The notes beneath the pieces are model-generated. The model saw only the letters and a list, made by a program, of their open reading frames with translations. It was not told the DNA's origin and searched no databases. The position numbers were made by a program, and so were the translations under genes. Shown here piece by piece: positions 9,722 through 18,019 of a stretch of DNA of 64,000 bases (position 1 is the stretch's first letter; the number at the start of each line of letters is the position of its first letter). Source of the DNA: Planctomycetota bacterium (GTDB lineage: Bacteria > Planctomycetota > UBA1135 > UBA2386); contig OZ245838.1 in assembly GCA_965228735.1 (NCBI GenBank), forward strand, positions 1,120,001-1,184,000, in the 5' to 3' direction.

Positions 9722-11869
9722 TCAACCGTGTTGGTCGAGGAGGAACTGAGTCAGCAAGAGCGTGCGCTGCACCAGACTGATGCGCTGCACGGCTTCCTGG
9801 GACGTGAACATCTCGGTGGCGGCGGGGCCGACACCGCACACGACGCCGGTGCCCGCCTCCGCAAGACCGGCGACCGAGGGCAACAGGGACGAGTCGGCCT
9901 CGACCGGGATGTCCCAGTTCTCGCCGACGGCCCGCAGCTGAGCCACGAGCGCATCGTTGGTGCTGTCGGGCGTGAGCGGCGGCCGATCCGAGCCGAGCTC
10001 GAGCTGCCAACGGTGGCCGTCGCGCTTGCCGAGCACCTTCCGGATCTGCTCCTCGACGCGATCGGCGACCGTGACGTCGAGGTAGTTGACGAGCAGCGTA
10101 GCGCGCACGCGGTGGGGCAGCAGCGCGCGAAAGCCCGTCGTCCTGAGCTCGCCGACGGAGACCGAAACGCGCTCCTTCTTCGATGACAGCGCGCTGCACT
10201 CCTCGAGCCGCGCCGCGAGCCACCGCAGCAGCTCCGGCCGCGACATCTGCTGGCCCGGCCGACGTGGCTCGCTGTCCGCTACGAGCTCGTAGCGCCGCAG
10301 GCCACGCCGCTGCGTGATGATCTTGTCCCCGCCGCTGCCGGGCCGCAGCACGAGCACGTTGCGCGCCCGCTTCATCGCGGCTTCGAGCAGGCCGCGGCTC
10401 TCTTCGCCGTCGCGGCCCTCGTCGCCGTAGAAGAACACGCCGAGCTTCGAGGAGCGCAGCTTCCGAACGCGCCGCAGCGCGCGCAGCGCGAACTCCGTCA
10501 TCACGAGCGGCGCGCGCGAGTTGCCGATGCCCTCGCCGCGCAACCACTCCGGTTCGCGATGGAACGGCGGCACGCTCGCGTCCAGCGCGAGCGGCACGTC
10601 GAGGTGTCCGACGAGCAGCGTGCCGCCGTCGAACCCGGACGACGTGCTCCAGCAGGTCGCCGCGGGTTCATCGCTGAAGGCTTCCTGCCGCGTGAGGCCG
10701 ATGTCGGTCAGGATCTTGCCGACCCGCCGATGCGCGGCGCGCAGACCGAGCGGATCCTGCGTGCGGCTCGACACGAGGGTCCACTCGCGGATCGCCTTCT
10801 CGATCTTGTCGCGCGAGCCGGTGAGGAACGCGAACGTCTCCTGCCTGGGGTCGCGCGCCCCCTTCTCGAGCGCCGGCGGATTGGGGGTGCCGAAGTAGCG
10901 CGCGCTCGCGACCTCGACGAGCCGGTTGACGAGCGCCGTGAAGTCGAGCCCGCTGGCCGCCGCTGCGTGCGTGTAGCTCCCGTGTTCGCCGAGGCTCGGC
11001 AGGCTGTTGGTCTCGAGGATGTAGAGCTGCCCGTTCTTGTCGATGCGCATGTCGACGCGGCAGCAGTCGAACAGGCCGAGGGCCTTGAACGCCTTGACCG
11101 CGATGTCCTGCGCCCGTTCGCGCAGATCGTCGTCGAGCTTCGCCGGGCAGACGACCTCGACCTCGCGGCCGGACTTCTTGGTCTTGTCCTCGTAGCTGTA
11201 GACCTTGGGCCCGTCGCCGAAGTCGAGCTCGGCCGGCGGCAGCGCCTCGGGCGGCGAATTGCCGAGCACGCCGACGTTGACCTCGCGGCCGTCGATGTAC
11301 TGCTCCGCGAGCACCGACTGCTGGAACTTGTCGAAGATCACCTGCGCGGCCGCCCGCAGTTCGGCCTCGTCCTGACACACCTTGATGCCGAACGACACCG
11401 CCTCGTTGCGCGGCTTGACGATCATCGGGTACGGCAGGTCCGGCAGCTCGGCGTCGGGCGAATCGAGCACCGTGAACGCTGGCGTCGGCAGGCCGTGCTG
11501 CAGCAGGATCATCTTCGTGACGACCTTGTCGAGCGACAGCGAATGCGCCATCGGCCCCGAGCCGACGTAGGGCATGCCGATCATCTCGAGGATGCCGGGC
11601 ACGTGCGTGTAGCGCGCCTGTCCCTGGATCCCGTACGCGAGGTTGAACACCATGCCGGGACGTTCGCCGCGAATGACGCGCGGCATGAACTCCTCGAGGT
11701 TGTCGATCAGGTCCTTGTCGCCTTCGAAGGCCGCGACCTGATGGCCGCCGGCTTCGAGCGCCGCGGTGATCCGCTTGATCGACTTCTTGCCGTAACGTTC
11801 GCGATTGGGCGTGCCGAGCAGGTTGATGACCTTCTGGCTCTCCCGGTTGTAGACGATGGCGACTTTCAT
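9722..11869 (-). CDS. D-Ala-D-Ala-ligase-like ATP-grasp ligase fused to a C-terminal M20/carboxypeptidase-G2-like domain
   Basis: VFNLA, PYVGS, DKVVTK, PMIVKP, EQYIDGREVNVG, RVDMR, LETNSLPSL; C-terminal half LLVGHLDVP, ITQRRG; ATG 11869 preceded by AGGA. Confidence 0.85.
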   Translation of the reverse strand: MKVAIVYNRESQKVINLLGTPNRERYGKKSIKRITAALEAGGHQVAAFEGDKDLIDNLEEFMPRVIRGERPGMVFNLAYGIQGQARYTHVPGILEMIGMPYVGSGPMAHSLSLDKVVTKMILLQHGLPTPAFTVLDSPDAELPDLPYPMIVKPRNEAVSFGIKVCQDEAELRAAAQVIFDKFQQSVLAEQYIDGREVNVGVLGNSPPEALPPAELDFGDGPKVYSYEDKTKKSGREVEVVCPAKLDDDLRERAQDIAVKAFKALGLFDCCRVDMRIDKNGQLYILETNSLPSLGEHGSYTHAAAASGLDFTALVNRLVEVASARYFGTPNPPALEKGARDPRQETFAFLTGSRDKIEKAIREWTLVSSRTQDPLGLRAAHRRVGKILTDIGLTRQEAFSDEPAATCWSTSSGFDGGTLLVGHLDVPLALDASVPPFHREPEWLRGEGIGNSRAPLVMTEFALRALRRVRKLRSSKLGVFFYGDEGRDGEESRGLLEAAMKRARNVLVLRPGSGGDKIITQRRGLRRYELVADSEPRRPGQQMSRPELLRWLAARLEECSALSSKKERVSVSVGELRTTGFRALLPHRVRATLLVNYLDVTVADRVEEQIRKVLGKRDGHRWQLELGSDRPPLTPDSTNDALVAQLRAVGENWDIPVEADSSLLPSVAGLAEAGTGVVCGVGPAATEMFTSQEAVQRISLVQRTLLLTQFLLDQHG

Positions 11870-11970
11870 GTTGGTCCTGGGCGCTTGGTGTGCAGCGGTC
11901 GAGCCCGATAGAGTAGCGGTCACGACGTCGCGCCACCCGACGATTCGTCAGCCTAAAACCGCGTCCCGAG

Positions 11971-12798
11971 ATGACCACCGCCGAACCCGAACCGGTCCAA
12001 CCAGAGCCGGTCCAGACCGAATCGGTCCAGGCCGAACCTGTCGACGTCGACCCGGTTGCCAACCCGCGCGGCGGACTGTGGTCGGCGATCGTGATGATCG
12101 CCGTCGCGGCCGCCATGTTCGCCGCCCGGCAAGGGGACGGGGAGTTCGCACGCCTGCTGCAGGAGCACGTCTCCCTCGAAGCCGTCACCCGCGGCGTGGA
12201 CGACCACCTGCTGCAGCTGCTCATGGTGCCGCTCGCGGCCCTCGTGGTCGTCCTCTGCCGGCTCACCTTCGGGTTGCGCATGCTCGGCCCGTTCCGCCCG
12301 ATCCTGATCGCGATCGCCATCCAGGCGACTGGCATCGCGCTCGGCGTGGCGACTCTCGTGGCCATGCTCCTGATCGTCACCGCGATTCGGCCGCGCCTGA
12401 AGGGCGGGTGGCTGCCCTATTTCGGCCGGCTGGCCGTGATGCTGTCCGTGGTCGCCGTGTTTCTGGTGGCCGCCGTCCTGGTCGGCGCCAACCTCGACTA
12501 CGAACCACTCGAGAAGCTCGCGTTCTTCCCGATCGTGGTCCTTTGTCTGACGGCGGACGGCTTCGCCAAGGCGCTGGAGAAGGAGGGCATGCCGAGCGCC
12601 GTGAGTCGGGCTGGCGCGACGCTCGGGACCGCGATCCTCATCAACCTCGTGATCCAGATCGACAGCGTGAGCGACGTGCTGTTCGACTATCCGGAGTTCG
12701 TGCTCGTCGAGGTCGCGCTGATCCTGCTGGTCGCTACGCGGCTGCGGCTCGGGCTGCTCGAGCGGTTTCAGCCCGTCGTCGGGGTCGACTCCGAGTAG
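11971..12798 (+). CDS. Multi-pass membrane protein resembling the 7TM_transglut (inactive-transglutaminase-associated 7TM) family
   Basis: About 7 hydrophobic segments; LLMVPL..R...GLRMLGPFRPILIA, RLAVMLSVV, FFPIVVL, EKEG and F.YPE motifs. Confidence 0.75.
   Translation: MTTAEPEPVQPEPVQTESVQAEPVDVDPVANPRGGLWSAIVMIAVAAAMFAARQGDGEFARLLQEHVSLEAVTRGVDDHLLQLLMVPLAALVVVLCRLTFGLRMLGPFRPILIAIAIQATGIALGVATLVAMLLIVTAIRPRLKGGWLPYFGRLAVMLSVVAVFLVAAVLVGANLDYEPLEKLAFFPIVVLCLTADGFAKALEKEGMPSAVSRAGATLGTAILINLVIQIDSVSDVLFDYPEFVLVEVALILLVATRLRLGLLERFQPVVGVDSE
11983..12054 (+). repeat. Imperfect 15-nt coding tandem repeat (EPVQP/ESVQA/EPVDV)
   Basis: gaaccggtccaacca-gagccggtccagacc-gaatcggtccaggcc-gaacctgtcgacgtc. 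Confidence 0.7.
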
Positions 12799-12846
12799 GG
12801 CAGCGTTTCTGCTGGCGACCACGCCCGATGGGCGGATGATCCCGGC

Positions 12847-13905
12847 ATGCAGAGCTCCCCGTTCGTCTGGGTCACCGCACTTCTCGGCATCGCCGGCGGC
12901 ATCGCGCTCTGGGAACAGGCGCCCCTGCGCACGGGCGTCGGCGCCGAGCTGGCGACCGCAGTGACCCGCTGGCTCGACGCCCTGCCGGCGGAGCTGAAGA
13001 GCAAGGCCAACCTGCCGCTCGACGACGAGGAGCGCACCAGGTGGCACTTCGTGCCCGGCCGCTACCTCGGCCTCGAGCTCGGCGCGATGGACGAAGGCCA
13101 CCGGGAGCGCGCGACCGCCGTCTTGCGCACGATGCTCAGCGTCGAGGGTCTGCACAAGACGATGACGATCGTCGGCCTCGAGTCGGTGCTCCGTGAGCTG
13201 GAGTCCAAGCCCGACAAGCCGGCCGTACACCGTGACCCGGGCCGCTACGCGCTGCTCGTGCTCGGCACGCCCGCGGTGGGCGGGTCGTTCGTCGTGCGCT
13301 TCCAGGGCCACCACGTCTCGCTGCAGATCCAGGTGCAGAACGGGCGGATCGTCGGGCATACGCCGCAGTTCCTCGGGACCAACCCGCACGAGATCCGCGA
13401 GGGCAAGCGTCGCGGCCAACGCGCGCTCGCGGTCGAGGAGGACCTCGGCCGCGCGCTGCTGCACCTGCTCTCCGCGGAGCAGCAGGAGAAGGCGATCATC
13501 GCGGCGAAGGCGCCGGCGGACGTCATTCTCGGGCCCGGCAAGCCGCCATCGGCGCTCGGCGATCGCGCCGGTCTGCCGTGGACGGAGATGACGCCGGCGC
13601 AGCAGGGCGTGCTCTGGCGGCTGATCGAGGAGTACGCGCGCCTGTGGCACGGCGACCTCGCGGCGAGCGAGCTCGAGGCCGTGCGCGCACAGATCGACGG
13701 CGTGCACTTCGCGTGGGCGGGGAGCAAGCAACGCGGGCAGGGCCACTACTACCGCATCCACGGTGAGCGGTTCGCGATCGAGTACGACAACACCCAGAAC
13801 GGCGCCAACCACGTGCACACGGTGTGGCGCGACTTCGAGAACGACTTCGGCGGCGACGCGTTCCGCGCGCACATCGAGGCGCACCAGCGCCAGAACGGGC
13901 GGTAG
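12847..13905 (+). CDS. DUF3500 domain protein (exported)
   Basis: RTRWHFVP, RFQGHHVSL, TPQFLGTNP, HYYRIHG, IEYDNTQNGANHVHTVWRD. Confidence 0.88.
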   Translation: MQSSPFVWVTALLGIAGGIALWEQAPLRTGVGAELATAVTRWLDALPAELKSKANLPLDDEERTRWHFVPGRYLGLELGAMDEGHRERATAVLRTMLSVEGLHKTMTIVGLESVLRELESKPDKPAVHRDPGRYALLVLGTPAVGGSFVVRFQGHHVSLQIQVQNGRIVGHTPQFLGTNPHEIREGKRRGQRALAVEEDLGRALLHLLSAEQQEKAIIAAKAPADVILGPGKPPSALGDRAGLPWTEMTPAQQGVLWRLIEEYARLWHGDLAASELEAVRAQIDGVHFAWAGSKQRGQGHYYRIHGERFAIEYDNTQNGANHVHTVWRDFENDFGGDAFRAHIEAHQRQNGR

Positions 13906-13946
13906 GCGTTCCGCTACCGGCGTTTCGCTACCGGCGTTTCGCTACC
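13905..13946. repeat. 3 x 14-bp tandem repeat GGCGTT(T/C)CGCTACC between convergent stop codons
   Basis: Units at 13905, 13919 and 13933. Confidence 0.9.
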
Positions 13947-14598
13947 GGGGCGGCGCCGCGCGCACGAACTCGGCGGCCGCGCGAATCGCCGTCTCGAGGT
14001 GTTCCTCCGCCGTGTGCCCGCTCCTCTTGCGCGGCGCCAGCGAGTGGTCGCCGTCGGGCAGCCACTGCACCTGGATGTTCTCCGACAGCGGGTAACCCGC
14101 GACTTCGTCGGGCCCGCCGAACGGGTCGCGTTCGCCTTGCAGGATGAGCGTCGGCGTAGCGAGATCTAGCAGGTGCGCCGTGCGCAGGTTCTCGGGTTTG
14201 CCCGGCGGATGGAACGGATACCCCAACGCCACGCAGGCCGAGGCTTCGAGCTCGTCCGCGAGCATCGTCGAGACCCGACCGCCCATGGACTTGCCCGCGA
14301 GCGCGAGGCGTGCGCCGGCCACCGCGTCGGCCATGGCCGCAGCGGCGGCTTCGCGCAGCGCGTCCTGCAGCCCCGGCATGCGATCCGGACCGCGGCGCTT
14401 GCCGTCCGCACGTTTGCGCATGTAGGGGAACTCGAACCGCACGACGCGCAGTCCCATGTCGGCGAGCCCGGCCGCGACCGTCGCCATCCACGGGTGCTGC
14501 ATGCCTGCACCCGCGCCGTGCGCAAACAGGACCGTGACGTCCGCATCCGCGGGCCCGTCGACCAGCAGCTCGAGCGCGGGTGGCGGGGTCTTCGGCAT
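13942..14598 (-). CDS. Alpha/beta hydrolase (KANSL3/Tex30-like family)
   Basis: AHGAGAG, RFEFPYM, GKSMGGR nucleophile, QGERDPFG, DGDHSL; ATG overlaps the upstream TGA. Confidence 0.88.
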   Translation of the reverse strand: MPKTPPPALELLVDGPADADVTVLFAHGAGAGMQHPWMATVAAGLADMGLRVVRFEFPYMRKRADGKRRGPDRMPGLQDALREAAAAAMADAVAGARLALAGKSMGGRVSTMLADELEASACVALGYPFHPPGKPENLRTAHLLDLATPTLILQGERDPFGGPDEVAGYPLSENIQVQWLPDGDHSLAPRKRSGHTAEEHLETAIRAAAEFVRAAPPR

Positions 14599-14987
14599 CA
14601 CCGCGCCTCGAGGAACAGGAACGGGAACGTGCCCTTCGCGATGCGTCGATCGCCCTGGAACACCTCGGTCTCGCACACCGCCGTGGTCTTGCCGACGCGT
14701 AGCGGCGAGGCGACGGCCCGCAACGGGCCGCGTTCGACGGTCGCGGCCGCGAGGAACTGCATCGCGCAGCCCGTGCCGGTCATGGACCGACCGTCGGGCA
14801 GATCGGGCCACAGCAGATACACCGCGGCGGTGTCGGCGAACGCGGTGAGGATGCCGCCCTGGATCACCCCGGCCTCCTGCACGAACTCGGGCCGCAACGG
14901 CAGCTCGAGCACGACCCGTTCGGCGCTGCGTTCCGCGAGCCGAAACCCGAGGAAGCGGTTCACCGGGACGTCGTCGAAAGCGGTCAC
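14598..14987 (-). CDS. PaaI family thioesterase (hotdog fold)
   Basis: GVIQGGILTAFADTA motif; 129 aa. Confidence 0.85.
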   Translation of the reverse strand: MTAFDDVPVNRFLGFRLAERSAERVVLELPLRPEFVQEAGVIQGGILTAFADTAAVYLLWPDLPDGRSMTGTGCAMQFLAAATVERGPLRAVASPLRVGKTTAVCETEVFQGDRRIAKGTFPFLFLEAR

Positions 14988-15088
14988 GGTTCAGACGGTA
15001 GCCAGCGGGCGCGAGCGGTGGGAGGGCGATTGCCCTGGGACCCCACAACGAGGTTGCGGAACCGGCAGAATTGCCGTTCGCTTCGGGC

Positions 15089-15994
15089 ATGTCCGCGTCC
15101 CCGTTCTCGCACGTCCTCCCCGCGATCACGACCCCGTTCCAGGACGACGATTCCGTCGACCACGACTTCCTCAAAAAGCACGCCCGCTGGCAGCTCGACA
15201 ACGGCTGCTCCGGCATGATCCCGCTCGGTTCGCTCGGCGAAGGCGCGACGCTCGACTTCGACGAGAAGGTCGCGATCCTGCAGACGCTCGTGCAGGCGTG
15301 CGGCGACCAGCCGGTCATCCCCGGCATCGCGGCGCTGAGCACGCGCCAGGCCGTCAAGCTCGCGGAAGCCGCGAAGGACAGCGGCTGCAAGGGCCTCATG
15401 GTGCTGCCGGCCTACGTGCACAAGGGCGAGCTGCGCGAGGCCAAGGTGCACATCGACGCCGTCATCCAGGCGACCGATCTGCCGTGCATGCTCTACAACA
15501 ACCCGCCGGCCTACGGCACGGACTTCACGGCGCCGTTCATCGCCGAGCTGGCGAACGAGCACAGCAACCTCCTGGCGGTGAAGGAGTCGAGCGGTGATGT
15601 GCGTCGCATCACGGCGATCAAGGCCGCGGTCGGCGACCGTCTCAATGTGCTCGTCGGGCTCGACGACATCCTCGTCGAAGGTGTCGCCGCGGGCGCGAGC
15701 GGTTGGGTCGCCGGGCTCGTGAACGCGTTCCCGAAGGAGTCGGTGCAGCTGTTCGAGCTCGCGCGGGACGGCGACTTCAAGGCGGCCCACGAACTCTACC
15801 GCTGGTTCCTGCCGCTGCTGCGGCTCGACACGGTGCCGGAGTTCGTGCAGCTCATCAAGCTCGTGCAGGCGAAGGTCGACCAGGGCAGCGAACGCGTTCG
15901 CCTGCCGCGGCTGCCGGTCACGGGCGGCATGCGCGAGTGCGCGCTCATGGCGATCGAGACGGCGATCCAGAGCCGCCCCGGGGGTGCACGGTGA
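15089..15994 (+). CDS. DapA-family lyase, probably 1-pyrroline-4-hydroxy-2-carboxylate deaminase-like
   Basis: PAITTPF, GSLGEGATL, LYNNP, KESSGDVRR; translationally coupled to an aldehyde dehydrogenase. Confidence 0.8.
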   Translation: MSASPFSHVLPAITTPFQDDDSVDHDFLKKHARWQLDNGCSGMIPLGSLGEGATLDFDEKVAILQTLVQACGDQPVIPGIAALSTRQAVKLAEAAKDSGCKGLMVLPAYVHKGELREAKVHIDAVIQATDLPCMLYNNPPAYGTDFTAPFIAELANEHSNLLAVKESSGDVRRITAIKAAVGDRLNVLVGLDDILVEGVAAGASGWVAGLVNAFPKESVQLFELARDGDFKAAHELYRWFLPLLRLDTVPEFVQLIKLVQAKVDQGSERVRLPRLPVTGGMRECALMAIETAIQSRPGGAR

Positions 15995-17580
15995 GCGCCG
16001 CCGATCTGACGGGTGAGCACTTCGTCGCGGGCGCAGGCGCGGCCGGGGCCGGCAGCGGAGGCTTCACGGCGTTCGACGCCATGACCGGCAACGCGCTCGA
16101 GCCGACGTACCGTGAAGCCTCGGTCGAGCAGGTCGACGCGGCCTGCGAAGCCGCGAATGCGGCGTACGCCGAGCTGCGCACGGTCGAGCCGAGCGTGCGC
16201 GCGGGGCTGCTGCGCGCGATCGCGGACGGCCTCGAAGGCCTCGGCGACACGCTCGTCGAACGCGTGATGCAGGAGACCGCGCTGCCGCGCGCGCGCGTCG
16301 AGGGCGAGCGCGGTCGCACGATGGGTCAGCTCCGGCTCTTCGCCGACCTGATCGACGAGGGCTCCTGGGTCGACGCCTACATCGACCACGCCGATCGGGA
16401 TCGACAACCGATGCCCAAGCCCGACCTGCGGCGGATGCTGATCGGCCTCGGCCCGGTCGTCGTGTTCGGCGCGAGCAACTTCCCGCTGGCCTACTCCGTG
16501 GCGGGCGGCGACACGGCGTCTGCCCTCGCGGCCGGCTGCCCCGTGATCGTGAAGGGCCACCCCGCGCACCCGGGCACGAGCGAGCTCGTCGGTCGAATGA
16601 TCCGCGACGCCGTCGCGGCGGCCGGACTGCCGGCCGGGACGTTCTCGCTGCTGCACGCGCGGTCCAACGAGATCGGCAGCCGCCTCGTCGAGCACCCGCT
16701 CGTCAAGGCCGTTGGCTTCACCGGTTCGCACGGCGGTGGCCGGGCGCTGTTCGACCTCGCGAACGCGCGGCCCGAGCCGATCCCCGTGTTCGCCGAGATG
16801 GGCTCGATGAACCCGGTCGTGATCCTGCCCAACGCGCTGCGGCAACGCGGCGCCGAGATCGCCGGCCAGCTCGCGGCCTCGGCGACGCTCGCGAGCGGTC
16901 AGTTCTGCACGAGTCCGGGACTCGTCCTCTGGTGTGCCGGCGACGGCGCCGACGCGTTCCGCAACACGCTGCGCGATCAGCTCGTCGCGGCGGCCGCCGG
17001 CCCGACCGTCCATCCCAACATCCGCCAGGGCTACGAGAAGTCCATCGCCGAGCTCGCGGGCCTGCCCGTGGAGACGTTCGAGAGCGCCGCGACCGGCGGC
17101 GACATCGCGACCGCGGTCTCCCCGCGCCTGCTGACGGCCACGGCATCCGCCGTGCGCACGAACGCCCGCCTGCGCACCGAGATCTACGGCCCCGCGGTGC
17201 TCGCCGTCGAATGCGAGAGCCCCGCGGACCTGGCCGCGACGATCGCGACGCTCGATGGGCACCTGACGGGCACCGTGCACGCCGAAGGCGACGACCTGGC
17301 CGCGTTCGACCCCGCGGTCAACGCGCTGCGCGAACGCGTCGGCCGACTCATCAACAACGGCGTCCCGACGGGCGTCGAGGTGTGCTCGGCGATGGTGCAC
17401 GGCGGCCCATACCCGGCCGCGACCGACGCGCGATTCTCGGCGGTCGGTTCGACGGCGATCCAGCGGTGGGCGCGCCCCGTGTGCTGGCAGGACTGGCCGC
17501 AGGAGCACCTGCCGGCGGAGCTGCAGGACAGCAACCCGCGCGGGATCCGGCGGACGATCGACGGCAAGCCGCAGGGCTGA
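15991..17580 (+). CDS. NADP-dependent aldehyde dehydrogenase (2-ketoglutarate semialdehyde dehydrogenase type)
   Basis: FGASNFPLA, GGDTASALAAGCPV, GFTGS, FAEMGS, GQFCTSPG, HGGPYPA; GTGA overlap. Confidence 0.9.
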   Translation: MSAADLTGEHFVAGAGAAGAGSGGFTAFDAMTGNALEPTYREASVEQVDAACEAANAAYAELRTVEPSVRAGLLRAIADGLEGLGDTLVERVMQETALPRARVEGERGRTMGQLRLFADLIDEGSWVDAYIDHADRDRQPMPKPDLRRMLIGLGPVVVFGASNFPLAYSVAGGDTASALAAGCPVIVKGHPAHPGTSELVGRMIRDAVAAAGLPAGTFSLLHARSNEIGSRLVEHPLVKAVGFTGSHGGGRALFDLANARPEPIPVFAEMGSMNPVVILPNALRQRGAEIAGQLAASATLASGQFCTSPGLVLWCAGDGADAFRNTLRDQLVAAAAGPTVHPNIRQGYEKSIAELAGLPVETFESAATGGDIATAVSPRLLTATASAVRTNARLRTEIYGPAVLAVECESPADLAATIATLDGHLTGTVHAEGDDLAAFDPAVNALRERVGRLINNGVPTGVEVCSAMVHGGPYPAATDARFSAVGSTAIQRWARPVCWQDWPQEHLPAELQDSNPRGIRRTIDGKPQG

Positions 17581-17595
17581 GCGACCGAACGGAAC

Positions 17596-18009
17596 TCAGC
17601 GCTGCCAGAAGCCCTGCTGCACGCCGGCCTGCAGGTAGACGGCGAACAGCTCGCCGCTCGGCATCGGCGTCGGGCCCATGGCGATCTCCGCGCCGTTCGC
17701 TGCCGCGCTGGCCACGGCGGCCTCGATGTCCTCGACGAGGAAGTAGGGGCGCACGACCGGGTCCTCCGTCGCGCGCATCGGGGCGCGAACGCCGACCGTG
17801 CCGCCGTTCGGCAGCTTGGCCGTGCGCGCGTTGCCGAGCTCCGGCACGGCGTCGCCGAACGTCAGGCCGTTGGCGGCGGCGTAGGTCGTGCACAGTTGGT
17901 CGACGTCGGGGGTGACGATCTCGAGGTAGTGGATCTGCATCGGGCGTGGTTCGGAGGTGCTGACGCAGGCGGTCAGCAGGGCAAGGACGGCGAGGGCGAG
18001 GGAGCGCAT
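17596..18009 (-). CDS. VOC/glyoxalase family lipoprotein
   Basis: Lipobox LLTAC; YLEIVTPDVD, PYFLVEDIEAAV. Confidence 0.75.
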   Translation of the reverse strand: MRSLALAVLALLTACVSTSEPRPMQIHYLEIVTPDVDQLCTTYAAANGLTFGDAVPELGNARTAKLPNGGTVGVRAPMRATEDPVVRPYFLVEDIEAAVASAAANGAEIAMGPTPMPSGELFAVYLQAGVQQGFWQR

Positions 18010-18019
18010 GTGGGGAAGA

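Noticed and set aside
9722..11869. Housekeeping ddl
   Set aside because: The N-terminus lacks the GG.S.E motif, the protein has an extra domain, and there is no cell-wall gene context
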